The notes below the pieces were generated by a model. It saw only the letters and a list, made by a program, of their open reading frames with translations, ran no database searches and was not told where the DNA came from. The translations under genes were made by a program, and so were the position numbers. DNA of 25,221 bases from Rhizaria sp. SCN 62-66. Taxonomy: Eukaryota. Positions 11,180-20,942 of this stretch are shown one piece after another (the first letter of the stretch is position 1; each line of letters begins with the position of its first letter). The stretch is taken from NCBI GenBank assembly GCA_001724265.1, contig MEDY01000080.1, positions 62,001 through 87,221 of the forward strand, in the 5' to 3' direction.

Positions 11180-12772
11180 ATGTCGAGTCTTGCCGAAGCA
11201 ACTGAACTTTTACAAACTGTAGAGGCCATTCTGCAGCATGATCCCACCAACGCGGAGGCTTTGGAACTCAAGGCCACCGCCATGACTCTCCTCGCCGCCT
11301 TCGCGCAAACGGACGCCACCACGTCCTCCACCGAGGCCCCCACCCCCGCCGACGTCCCCGCGGCTGCACCGTCTGTCGCCGCTTCGGCCTGGGCCGTCGG
11401 CGCGCGCGTGGTCGCGCTGTGGCCTGAGGACCAGCAGCTCTACGTGGCGCGCATCGAATCTGAGCCCGAGCCGGGGCGCTACCACGTGCTCTACCTGCAG
11501 TACGGCAACAGCGACACCGTCGACGCCGCGCACATCCACGCCTTCGCCCCGCCCTGCGCGCTCGCCCCGGGGGCCACTGTGGCGGCGTTCTGGCCAGAGG
11601 ACGGCCTGTTCTACGAGGCCACGATCACCGCAGTGGCAGACCCGTCCGCGAAAGACAACTCAGACAACGCTGCTGCTGCTGCTGAGGCGCAGCTGCCGAT
11701 GTACTCGGTGCGCTTCTCGCACAACGGCGTTGAGACTGAGCGCAGTGCCCAGGACGTCTACGACCCCACTGCGCCCCTGCCCGCCGCTCCCGCTGCTGCT
11801 CCTGCTGTTGTTGTTGACTCTAAGGCTGAGAGTGAGACTCAGACTGGCACTAGCACTGCCGGTACTGCGACCGAGTCGTCTGCCTCTGCCAGTGCCGATG
11901 CCGTCCCTGCCCTGGAGCCCGTCCCTGCCGCTGACTCTGCTGCTAGCGCTGAGCCTGCCAGTGCCGTCAGTGCCCCTTTGACAGCGACTGCGTCTGTGGC
12001 TGTGCATGTCACTGCGTCTGCCAACTCGTCCACCCACGGCCACGGCCACGGCCACGGCGCGGCCCCCGACGCGGGCCCTGAGCCCTACTGGCCGCGCGAC
12101 ATGCCCCCGATTGACTCGGCCAACCCTGGCGCGGCAGTCTGGATTATTCCGCCCCGTCTCCTCGTCTTGCCCACCGACTCAGAGGCCGAGAAGCGGCTCA
12201 AGCTCTACAAAACCAAGAAGCTCAAGGAGACCTTCTGGCGCCGTGTGCGCGAGCTCCAGGAGCAGGCCAGCGTCAGCTCGTGGAAGGCCTTCCAGTCGGG
12301 CGGCACGGCAGGCGCCAGGGCCGGCGGCACTGCTGGCGCTGCGAAGCCCGGGTTTAAGGTGAGCCTTGGCGGCGGCCCTGGCGCTGCCGCTGGGCGCTCT
12401 GTCACTGCGGCCGCCGCCTTTGCTGCTGAGCCTGCCGCTGCCGCTGCTGCGGGGACCAGTGCCTCAGCCGCTGCGGCGCCGGTGGCAGCGCACTCGCACG
12501 CCCATCTCGTCTCTCTCTCTTTGCCCAACTCTGGCACTGGCGCGGCGGCCGGGAACTTGTTCGGCGCGGCCGGCGCCGCCAAGCCGAAGCTGTCCCTGTC
12601 TGCGGCCGTGGCGCTCAAGAAGCGGTCGATGTTCTCATCTGCGGGGCCCGGTGTCGCGGCCGGCGGCAGCGGTGCGGGCGTGGCAGCACCCGGCGGCCGC
12701 GCGGGGAAGTTAGGCCGCACCGCGGGGGGGCGCGGGGACGTCTCGGGCGCCTGGGGCGACGAGGACGAGTGA
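11180..12772 (+). CDS. SMNDC1: SMN-related splicing factor SPF30 with tandem Tudor domains, ~530 aa
   Basis: N-terminal LQTVEAILQHDPTNAEALELK, Tudor WAVGARVVALWPEDQQLYVARI...YLQYGNSDTV, a second Tudor, then IPPRLLVLPTDSEAEKRLK...SSWKAF and KKRSMFSS typical of SPF30 C-termini. Intronless, stop TGA. Confidence 0.8.
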   Translation: MSSLAEATELLQTVEAILQHDPTNAEALELKATAMTLLAAFAQTDATTSSTEAPTPADVPAAAPSVAASAWAVGARVVALWPEDQQLYVARIESEPEPGRYHVLYLQYGNSDTVDAAHIHAFAPPCALAPGATVAAFWPEDGLFYEATITAVADPSAKDNSDNAAAAAEAQLPMYSVRFSHNGVETERSAQDVYDPTAPLPAAPAAAPAVVVDSKAESETQTGTSTAGTATESSASASADAVPALEPVPAADSAASAEPASAVSAPLTATASVAVHVTASANSSTHGHGHGHGAAPDAGPEPYWPRDMPPIDSANPGAAVWIIPPRLLVLPTDSEAEKRLKLYKTKKLKETFWRRVRELQEQASVSSWKAFQSGGTAGARAGGTAGAAKPGFKVSLGGGPGAAAGRSVTAAAAFAAEPAAAAAAGTSASAAAAPVAAHSHAHLVSLSLPNSGTGAAAGNLFGAAGAAKPKLSLSAAVALKKRSMFSSAGPGVAAGGSGAGVAAPGGRAGKLGRTAGGRGDVSGAWGDEDE

Positions 12773-12783
12773 GGTAACAGCCG

Positions 12784-12804
12784 ACCGGTCACCGGTCACC
12801 GGTC
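12784..12804. repeat. (ACCGGTC)x3 tandem repeat just after the SPF30 stop
   Basis: Directly visible; each unit contains the palindrome ACCGGT. Confidence 0.85.
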
Positions 12805-13085
12805 AGTTGCGCAACAGAACACGGAGATGAGCTTTTGCTTGAGTATAACGCGTTACATAGATTCAAGTTTACACGCAAGTGGGCCAGAGTACCCAGTCAA
12901 TACACTTTTTTTTAGCTAAGAACAAAAATACAGCATAAAATATCTAAAAATATCCCAATATCTATTTATTCTCGTTGATATAACCAACACGCATTGATGT
13001 TTAAGAGCGAAACTCGAAACAGTCATAACTATTGGCCATGCAACGCTCACACTCAAAGTGATATAAACCATGTAAAACCATATCG

Positions 13086-13134
13086 TATCGTACAGTACGC
13101 AGGACGCAATATCACAATATCGTACAGTACGCAG
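13086..13134. repeat. 17-bp direct repeat TATCGTACAGTACGCAG downstream of LIG1
   Basis: Exact copies at 13086-13102 and 13118-13134. Confidence 0.85.
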
Positions 13135-13173
13135 CTGCTTAGTCACACCATGTTTGGTATCACACTGACCGCT

Positions 13174-16100
13174 TCACCGGCGGTGGCCGCCGCCGTTGCC
13201 GTTGGCCTTGATGACGTCCTGATTCATGTACATATCTGCGACCTGCTCGGCCGTGGTGGCCATGTCGGGCCGCTTGTCTTCGCGCACACGGATGAAGCGC
13301 GGGAAGCGCGTGGCGATGCCGCGGGCCTCATGCACGCGCCCGTACGCGGCCTGGTGGCGCGGGGAGAGCGATAGGTCGGCGCAGAGGATCTCCCACACGA
13401 GCGCGGGGTCGAACCACACGTCGGGCAGGATCTGCTTTGAGTACTGGTAGTACACGCGTGGGGCCTCGATTACGTGCGGCTGCAGCGCCTTGGTCGCCGC
13501 GTCGAGGTCCGCTTCGGAGAAGCCAGTCGCGACCTTGGAGAGCGATTGATATGCCTCCTCGTCGGGGTCGTAGCACGCCACGAGGAAGGCGCCGAAGACG
13601 CCGGTGCGCTTGCCCTTGCCGTACCAGGCGCCGATGGGCACGACATCGAGGGAGTCGCCCACGCCCTCCAAGTAGTCCTTCTTGACCTTGATCCACTTGC
13701 GCTTGTCGGGCACGTATGCGGCGTCGACGTACAGCGGCTTGACCATGAGCCCCTCGCACGCGTCGCGCCGCGCCTGCATCATGAACTCCATCATGTCGTC
13801 GGGGTCACGCGTGTCGAGTGACTTTGCGAAGTCGAACACACCCTCGGTGACGCGGAATGTCTCGCGCATCTTGGCGCGGCGCACGGCGTAGGGCTCCTTC
13901 ATGTACGACACGCCGTTGAGGTACAGCAAGTCGAAGCCGTAGAGCACGACCTGCACTGTCACGTCCTCCTCCTTGACGTCCTTGCGCTTGCGCGTCGACA
14001 GAGCCTGTACGTACGAAAGCAAAAAGAGAATCAAATTATTAATGACAAAGTAAGATGAAAGTAAGAAACAAAGGCGTAAAACAAGTAATTGTGAAAGAAT
14101 TAAATAAATGTGAGTGTGATTGCTTGAAAATGTGTGAAATATATCTCTTTTAAGTCATCGTCTGTTTGTTGCTTTGTGATCGCGTACCTGGTAGGGGAGG
14201 ATCTTCTTCTCCTTGGTGTCCCAGGCGACGACCTCGGCGTCGAGGATGAAGCTCGTGACGCCGGGCGCGGTGACCTGTGGCAGGCGCTGGATCACGTCGG
14301 GGTACTTGCTCGTGTGCGACTCGAGCTTGCGCGAGTAGATCTTGGTGGAGCCGTCTTCGAGGCGGTGGATCTGCGCACGCTCGCCGTCGTACTTGTACTC
14401 GAGCGCGATGTCCATGGCGTCGAACTTGGCCAGCACCTCCTCCACGCCGCCCGCGGGCTTGCCCAGCATAACCTTGATCGGGATGCCGGGGGTCAGGAAG
14501 CACTGCGTCCCCAGTAGCTCCAGTGGGAACCGCAACAGCGCGTCAACCAGCTTGTCGATCGACGGGCCTTCGTTGTACGCCGCCTCGATCTGCTCGTGCG
14601 CGCGCTGGATCGACAGCTCCAGTGGAGACTTGGCCACCGCGGAGCTCTTCTTGCCCGCCTTCTTGGCCGCCACATGGGCGCGGTGCGCCGCGGCGCGGCT
14701 CTTGGCCTGCGCCAGAATGTCCGTGAAGTCGCCCTTGCTCTTGGGGGCGCTTCCCTCGGCATCGGCTGCGGCGGGGCTCTTGTCCTCGGTAGCCTTGTTC
14801 TTGTCAGTCCCAGCATCAGCATCGTCGTCGTCGTCATCGTCGTTGAGAGAGCGAGAACTCTTGGCTGAGCCCGCGGAACCGGGCTTGGCGACAACGGTGG
14901 CCGAAGCCGCCTTCTTGCGGTTCTTGGGGCCGTCGGCATTCTCCTCCTCCTCATCCTCTTCTTCATCGTCGTCATCGTCATCGTTGTCACTGCCACTGCC
15001 TTCTTCGTCGTCCTCGTTATCGTCATCAAGGTCAACGTCGTCGTCGACAGCATCAGCATCCGCAGCGTCGTCGTCAGCGCTGTCACCATTGCCGTGGCCG
15101 GCGGCGACCTTGGCCGCGGCCTCGGCCGCCTGGCGCTCTTTGAGCGCCGCGGCCGCCGCGGCCACGTTCTCGGGCGAGTACTGCGGCGGCGTGAGCACGA
15201 TGGCGCGCGCCAGCGAGCGGATGACCGTGAGCAGCGCCAAGTTGATGCGCAGCGAGCCCTGGAGCGCGCGGACCAGGAAGCGCGCCTCGTGGCCCACGCA
15301 CGCAACCAGTAGCTGCTTGATCGTATCCTTCTTCTTCTCGCCCGACTTCGTGCCCGAGTAGTCGGCGATCTCCTTGAGCTTGGCGAAGATGCCCGGCACC
15401 GTGAGCTTGGTCGGCCGCAGCAGTGTCTTTTGTTTCGCGCGCGCCTCCTCCGCGATGATGCCCAGGTCGCCCGTGACCTTGAGCCGCTCCTTGACGGCCG
15501 CCATGGATCCGCCCGTGGCCTCCGTGAGCGCCTTCTGCAGGATCTGATCGCCCACGCCGAGCTCCTTGTTCTCATACGCGGGAGCCACGGCGTTAATGCA
15601 CAGGTACACGGAGGCTGTGAGGTGCTCGGGTGACAGCGCGATAACGGAGCGGAAGTAGTCGGAGATGTAGCTGATTATCTGCAGCCGCTTTGTGGTGGCC
15701 TCGCAGGCCGCGAACATGGCCGTCAGCGCCGCGTAGGGCACTTTCTCGCCGCGTTTCCAGCCGGCGTGGGCCACGGGGTCGAAGTCGGCCCGCCCCAGGT
15801 ACAGTCCCAGCTGCGCGGGGTCTGTGTTCACGGCGCCCGCGCTGCTGCTGGAGCTCGAGATCGAGTTGGCACTCGCACTAGAGCTAGAGCTAGAGCTAGA
15901 GCTAGAGCTAGAACTAGAGCTAGAGCTAGAGCTATCTGTGGTAGAATTGTTGGAAGAAGGCTTGGAGGAGGCAGCGCCGAAGAAGGAGGCGAACGCGGCG
16001 CCATTAGTCTTGCTGCTGCCGCCAATGGTCACGCCCTCAGTCTTGGCCTCAGTCTTGACGTCAGTTTTAGCGTCAGTCTTCGATGACTCAGTCTTCGAAG

Positions 16101-16214
16101 GTTCAGTATTCACGTCAGACTTGTCTTCCATCCTGACAGCAGCGGCGACGGCATCGGTGGCGGCGGCGGAAGTCTTGGCCTCGCTCTCAGCATCGGCCTC
16201 AGTCTTTACAGCAG

Positions 16215-16251
<37 letters not shown>

Positions 16252-16659
16252 GGACTCAGCCTTCACAGCGTCAGCCTTGGCAGCGTCGGCAGTCTTGGGC
16301 TTGGCGGCGGCGGCAGCGACGCGGCCGAAGAACGAGTGCATGGGCTTTGCGGCCGCGCCAGAGCTGCCGCCGCCGAAGTCGAGTGTGACCTCGGAAGGCA
16401 GCGCCTCCAGCTTGCCGCTCTCGAGCTTCGCGCCCTTGGCAGAGGACGACGACGACGACTTAGGCTTGGGCTTCGAAGCAGTGGCCGCGCTCGAGGGCGT
16501 CTTCGCGGGGCTCGGGGGGGCGGCGGCGATGGGCTGCGAGGACGCGGGGGTAAGGGAGACCTGCGCCTCATCGCCGCTCTCGTCGTCTGCGGTGAGCGCG
16601 CGCGAACGCTTGACGTCCTTGCGCACCACGACGTCGATCTCGTCGTCCTGACTTGACAT
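13174..16659 (-). CDS. LIG1: DNA ligase I (ATP-dependent), ~1100 aa
   Basis: Exons 16659-14188 and 14004-13174; intron GTACGC..ACAG joins KILPYQ|ALSTRKRK. Motifs EYKYDGER, FILDAEVV, FDLLYLNG, EGLMVK, WIKVKKDY, RFPRFIRVREDK; DBD begins WKRGEKVPY; PIP-like MHSFF and ASFF in the N-terminal extension. Stop TGA. Exact start uncertain. Confidence 0.96.
15878..15934 (-). repeat. (CTAGAG)n hexamer microsatellite encoding poly-Ser in LIG1
   Basis: About 9 units, read as AGC TCT on the coding strand; a shorter version occurs in SPF27 near 22811-22833. Confidence 0.9.
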
Positions 16660-16837
16660 CGACTGCTGCTTGTTGGGAGGCGAAAAGATGTTCACAGGGA
16701 TGTGCCACGTGAGCAAATTAGCATATAAATAAGGATAAATAAAGAAGTATACAAGAAGTAGCGTATACTGCCGGATACATAGATAAATAACGGAGTTTTC
16801 TTATCGATATTCAACCTCAAAGTAGATAGCGTGAAGG

Positions 16838-16845
16838 GCGCCAAA
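16838..16845 (-). promoter_or_regulatory. E2F-like site TTTGGCGC in the LIG1/YqgF divergent promoter
   Basis: Exact match to TTTSSCGC about 180 bp upstream of the LIG1 ATG; a single 8-mer, so it may be chance. Confidence 0.35.
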
Positions 16846-17001
16846 CGAGGCGCTCGCGCGGGCGACCGGCGAGCCGGTGGCGGACGCGTGAGAGAGCTCT
16901 CGAGCAGCGGAAATAATGCACTTGTTTCCCACCTATACCAACGTATTGGCGAGTTATAATAAGCAACTTCCGCCTTTTGATTGAGCCGAGTCACTGTTAC
17001 T

Positions 17002-19299
17002 ATGGCGTCTCTCAACGCAACGGGCGCGCTCGAGCGCCTGAGCCACTTTCTGCGTAAAGCCGCAAAGCCTGCGAGCGAGGCCGCAGCGCTGATTCCGTCG
17101 CTGCCGCAGCCTGCGATGACCGCCTCGGGGTTTCCGATCCCCAAAATCCCGCGCATCATGGCGCTGGACGTGGGCCGGCGCTACATCGGCGTGGCCGTGG
17201 CCGACCCGTCGACCGAGACGGCGGTCCCGCTCGCCGTGCTTGACCGGCTCCGGCCAGAGGTCGCGGCCACACTGCCACCGCGCGCCGCGCGCGCCCCGCT
17301 TAACGACCCCGAGCTGCGCGCGCGCGGCCCCGCGGACTTCAAGTCATCGGCGGCACTGGCGCAGGAGGTCGCGGCGCTGCGCCTCAAGCACAACATCGTG
17401 GCGACCGTCGTCGGCATGCCCAACGCGCGCACCTTCGACGACAAAGACGTGCCACGCTTCATCATGGACCTCACGGCGCGCCTCCGCGTCGACGGCGCCT
17501 TTGCGCCCGGCGTGGACCCCGCCTTTGACGCGCTCTTCTGGTCCGAGCACCTGTCGACGAGCGAGGCCAAGGCGCGCATGCGCGGCGCCGGTATTGTCGG
17601 CTACATGGCCCAGAAGCGCGCCGGGCTCGACAAGGAGGCCGCCGCCGTCATCCTCTCTGACTTCCTTGCTGAGCTCAACGTCGTTTCGCTGCTTGCTGAC
17701 GCCGACGCCGTCGGGGCCCAGGACACTGACGCTGAGCGCGCGGCCGCCGAGAGCGCCGCCGCGCGGTCCGCGGGCGCTCGCGCGCTGTCGTCCCGACGCG
17801 ACCTCGGCCTGCCCATCGGGCGCGGCTTCTCCGACGCCGAGTTTGAGCGCGCGATGCTGACAGGGCAGCTGGACCTGCCGCCCGAGCTGCTCGCGCGCGG
17901 CCTGACCCCCGCGGAGGCCGAGGCTGAGGTGCGCGCCCACGTCGCGCGCAACCTCTTCTTCCTCGGCGCTCAGGGCCAGGTCTTCGCCTTCGACACCGCG
18001 CTGCCCGTGCTGCGCGCCGCCAACGCGCGCCTCGCCGACTGGCAGTACTACGCCGAGTATCTGCAGCGCGAGCGGCCGCAGCAGTGGGCGCGCCTTAGCG
18101 CCGCCGACCGGGCCCTCGCGTCGCGCAAGGCCGAGCAGCGCCGCGCAGAGCTGGCCGCGCGCGACGCCGCCGCGGCCCGGGCCCTTGCGCTCACGCCGCC
18201 GACGACGATGGCGCTCGTGCACCGCACCGGCGTGCGCTCCGCCAGCGCGGTCGACGCCTTCCCCGCCGCCGCGCTCGACCGGGGCGGGTCGAGTGATGTG
18301 GCTACAACAACTCAGCGCGCTAGCCGCGAGCTACTGCTGCCCAAGCACCTGTACACGCCGGTGCAGGAGTCGATCGACTTCGCGCTAGCAGTAGCCGCGG
18401 GCGCGCCGCCGGCCGCGCTGGCTGCCGAGGTCCGCGCCGCGCGGGCCGCCCACGGCCAGCAGACCGAGGCCGCGCGGGCGGCGCGCGCGCAGCAGCTGCT
18501 CCTACAACAGCAACAGCAACAGCAACAGCAGCAGCTAGAGCAGCCGTGTGAGGGGCAGGAGCAGCATGCCGCGCTCGTGAGGCAGTTGGCTGAGCGCAGG
18601 CGCAGGCTCCGCGGCGAGGCCGAGGTCGGCAGTGCCAGTGCTGACTCAAGCGCTGCCTCAAGCGCTGGCTCGGACTCCGTCACCGGCTCTGGCTCTGGCT
18701 CTGATAATCCAAGCGCCGGCTCTGGCTCTGGCTCTGGCGTCGAGACCGAGGCTGAGGGCGCGGCCAGTCTGGCTGCCCCGCTGGCGCCGCCCTCCCGCCA
18801 CGCTGCCGCGACGACAGCTGCTGCTCATGTCTCCGCGTCGTCAGCAGTCGGCCACAGCCTCAGCCACGGCAGCGGCGGCAGCAGCGGCGGCGCTAGCGTG
18901 CGCGTGGCACCATACGCCTCCCCCGCACTCGCGTACCTCCTCACCCACGCCCCGCATCTGGGAGCCCGCGCTAGCCGTCGTGACGCTGTCCTCCGCGACG
19001 CGTCCCCCGCGGTGCAGCTCGGCCCCGCGGGCGGCGTCGACTCGGTGCTGGGCGGCGTCGGCAAGCCCATCTTCTCCCCGGCCGCGGCGGGAGAGCGCTG
19101 GGTCGAGGCCGAGGAGGCCGCGGCCGCCGTGCGTGCGCGCCTGAGGGCCGCCGTCGCCGACGCCGCGGCTGTGGCGGCCATGAAGCAACGCAAGCGCAAC
19201 AGGCGCGCGCGCGCGGCCGCCGGCGAAGGCGACGGATATGACGACGACGATGATGATGGGTATGGCGCTGCTGAGGGCGGCGCTGCCTACCGCGGCTGA
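17002..19299 (+). CDS. YqgF/RuvX-family RNase H-fold nuclease domain protein with long C-terminal extension, ~765 aa
   Basis: RIMALDVGRRYIGVAVAD, VVGMP, FWSEHLSTSEA and LDKEAAAVILSDFL are the characteristic YqgF blocks; about 530 aa of Ala-rich, polyQ and low-complexity sequence follow. Stop TGA. Confidence 0.85.
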   Translation: MASLNATGALERLSHFLRKAAKPASEAAALIPSLPQPAMTASGFPIPKIPRIMALDVGRRYIGVAVADPSTETAVPLAVLDRLRPEVAATLPPRAARAPLNDPELRARGPADFKSSAALAQEVAALRLKHNIVATVVGMPNARTFDDKDVPRFIMDLTARLRVDGAFAPGVDPAFDALFWSEHLSTSEAKARMRGAGIVGYMAQKRAGLDKEAAAVILSDFLAELNVVSLLADADAVGAQDTDAERAAAESAAARSAGARALSSRRDLGLPIGRGFSDAEFERAMLTGQLDLPPELLARGLTPAEAEAEVRAHVARNLFFLGAQGQVFAFDTALPVLRAANARLADWQYYAEYLQRERPQQWARLSAADRALASRKAEQRRAELAARDAAAARALALTPPTTMALVHRTGVRSASAVDAFPAAALDRGGSSDVATTTQRASRELLLPKHLYTPVQESIDFALAVAAGAPPAALAAEVRAARAAHGQQTEAARAARAQQLLLQQQQQQQQQQLEQPCEGQEQHAALVRQLAERRRRLRGEAEVGSASADSSAASSAGSDSVTGSGSGSDNPSAGSGSGSGVETEAEGAASLAAPLAPPSRHAAATTAAAHVSASSAVGHSLSHGSGGSSGGASVRVAPYASPALAYLLTHAPHLGARASRRDAVLRDASPAVQLGPAGGVDSVLGGVGKPIFSPAAAGERWVEAEEAAAAVRARLRAAVADAAAVAAMKQRKRNRRARAAAGEGDGYDDDDDDGYGAAEGGAAYRG

Positions 19300-19710
19300 G
19301 ACTATCGGCTGTGATATTGGGCTGTTATCATAGCGCGTGCGCACAAACAAGATACATAGAGAATGGGGGGAGGGACGCGTGCGTGTCCGTCACGACAAGA
19401 TTGACGGACTGGGTAATTTATTGAAGTTGATGTTGTAGCAAAGGAATCTCCTGCAATGTCTTCTCTTGTTTTAAGAAATAAAAATACAAATGAATGAAAC
19501 AAATTCACACAAAGACTATGGACGTACTAATTGAAACTTGTTTTGAAGATAAAAAGTGTGAAATGTGTATTAATAATCTACGCGACAAATGTTCTGTCAA
19601 ACACTGTGAACAATTTGAGTGCGTCGGTTTAGAAAGTACGTTGTTTGCATCCATTCCATCTGCATTTGAGCATGCCCACGCTAAGTAACAACATGAAATG
19701 GTAACACCCG

Positions 19711-19732
19711 CAGCAGCAGCAGCAACAGCAGC

Positions 19733-19764
<32 letters not shown>
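19711..19764. repeat. Imperfect (CAG)18 microsatellite downstream of the phosphatase gene
   Basis: CAG units interrupted by two CAA and one TAG; non-coding position between convergent genes. Confidence 0.9.
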
Positions 19765-19819
19765 CATGCAGCTTGTGGGTGTATGTGTATACGCGCAGCT
19801 AAAGCGTTGTGCGTGTCAC

Positions 19820-20632
19820 TTACGCGAGCTCCTTGCAGTCGCCGAAAGGGACACACTTTGCGATCTCGAGGCAGCCGCCGAGGTCGCGGCCCGAGGTGAG
19901 CTCGTTGCGAACGCAGTACCACTCGGTCGACGCGACGCCGAAGTAGTTGGGCACGCGACCGCACTCGGCGACGTTGCTCTTAAAGATCTCGCCGATGGTC
20001 GTGTTGCGGCGGCCGTACTCCATGCGGTAGGCCCCGATGAAGGCGCCCGTGCGGTCGCAGCCGGCCGAGCAGTGCACATACACGGCGAGCGGGCGCTGGC
20101 GCGGAGTGCCCGTGCCGGTCGACATGAGCCGGTTCACGAGTGCGACGCGGTCGGGGAACTTGTCCGTCGCCCAGACAGTCTCCATGGCGCTGCGCTCGCG
20201 CTCGGCGACGTCCTTGACGTCGCGCGGGCGGAAGACGGACGAGGTGCCGATGGGCCACTCAAAGAGCATGCCCTTGTCCGCGTTGGCGGGGTCCTTGAAG
20301 AAGTCCGCCTCCAGTGGGTCCGTGTCAACGGCGTTGTTGAGCGAGACGTCGACGATGTAGGCCTCGTCCTCGGGGAACTTGATGCCTTGCTCCTGTGCGC
20401 GCGCACGCATGTACTCCTTGAGCAGGTCGTACTGGAAGTGGGTTGCGTTGGCTGGGAAGTTGCCGCGGAAGAGGAACTGCTGCACGCCGCCGGTGACCAT
20501 GTAGTCAACCAGGTGCACGCGGTCGTACTTGAGACCGCTGGACTTCTTGGTGTAGTCCAGCGACGCGGACGCGGACGCCAGCAGTGCCAGCAGCGCCGTC
20601 GCGGTCGCGATCAGCTTAGCGAGGCTAGGCAT
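19820..20632 (-). CDS. Cys-based (PTP/DSP superfamily) phosphatase with predicted signal peptide, ~270 aa
   Basis: P-loop VYVHCSAGCDRTG (HCX5R); N-terminus MPSLAKLIATATALLALLASASA looks like a signal peptide; Cys-rich C-terminus. Alternative in-frame ATG at 20656. Stop TAA. Confidence 0.82.
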   Translation of the reverse strand: MPSLAKLIATATALLALLASASASLDYTKKSSGLKYDRVHLVDYMVTGGVQQFLFRGNFPANATHFQYDLLKEYMRARAQEQGIKFPEDEAYIVDVSLNNAVDTDPLEADFFKDPANADKGMLFEWPIGTSSVFRPRDVKDVAERERSAMETVWATDKFPDRVALVNRLMSTGTGTPRQRPLAVYVHCSAGCDRTGAFIGAYRMEYGRRNTTIGEIFKSNVAECGRVPNYFGVASTEWYCVRNELTSGRDLGGCLEIAKCVPFGDCKELA

Positions 20633-20942
20633 GACGGGATCTGTAGCAGGAAGCATAGGAGTCGAGAGAAGAAGTGTTAAAAGAAATTGAAAATATTTTC
20701 GTATATTTTGACTCGTTTACTTGCCCATACCAGTACTGCAGAAACACCGACAAAGAGACCACGGAGTTTCAGCTCTGGAAAGAAAGGAGCGACGAAGACA
20801 CTATGTCGACGAGCCAAGGACAGGGAAAAGGCGTGCAACCACAAACGAAGTAGCGCTATCCTCGAAGTCATCTGCTGCGGCGCCCTGACCGTCAACGTGC
20901 ATCTCGCTGCGCTCTCCGTGTTTTCTTAGTACTTGGGCACAT

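Noticed and set aside
12784-13134. Short repeats between SPF30 and LIG1 as CRISPR or transposon ends
   Set aside because: Only 2-3 short copies, with no spacer array, terminal inverted repeats or transposase.
19711-19764. CAG/CAA/TAG run as a polyGln tract supporting UAG=Gln
   Set aside because: It lies in non-coding DNA between convergent genes; a C-to-T change in a microsatellite explains it.
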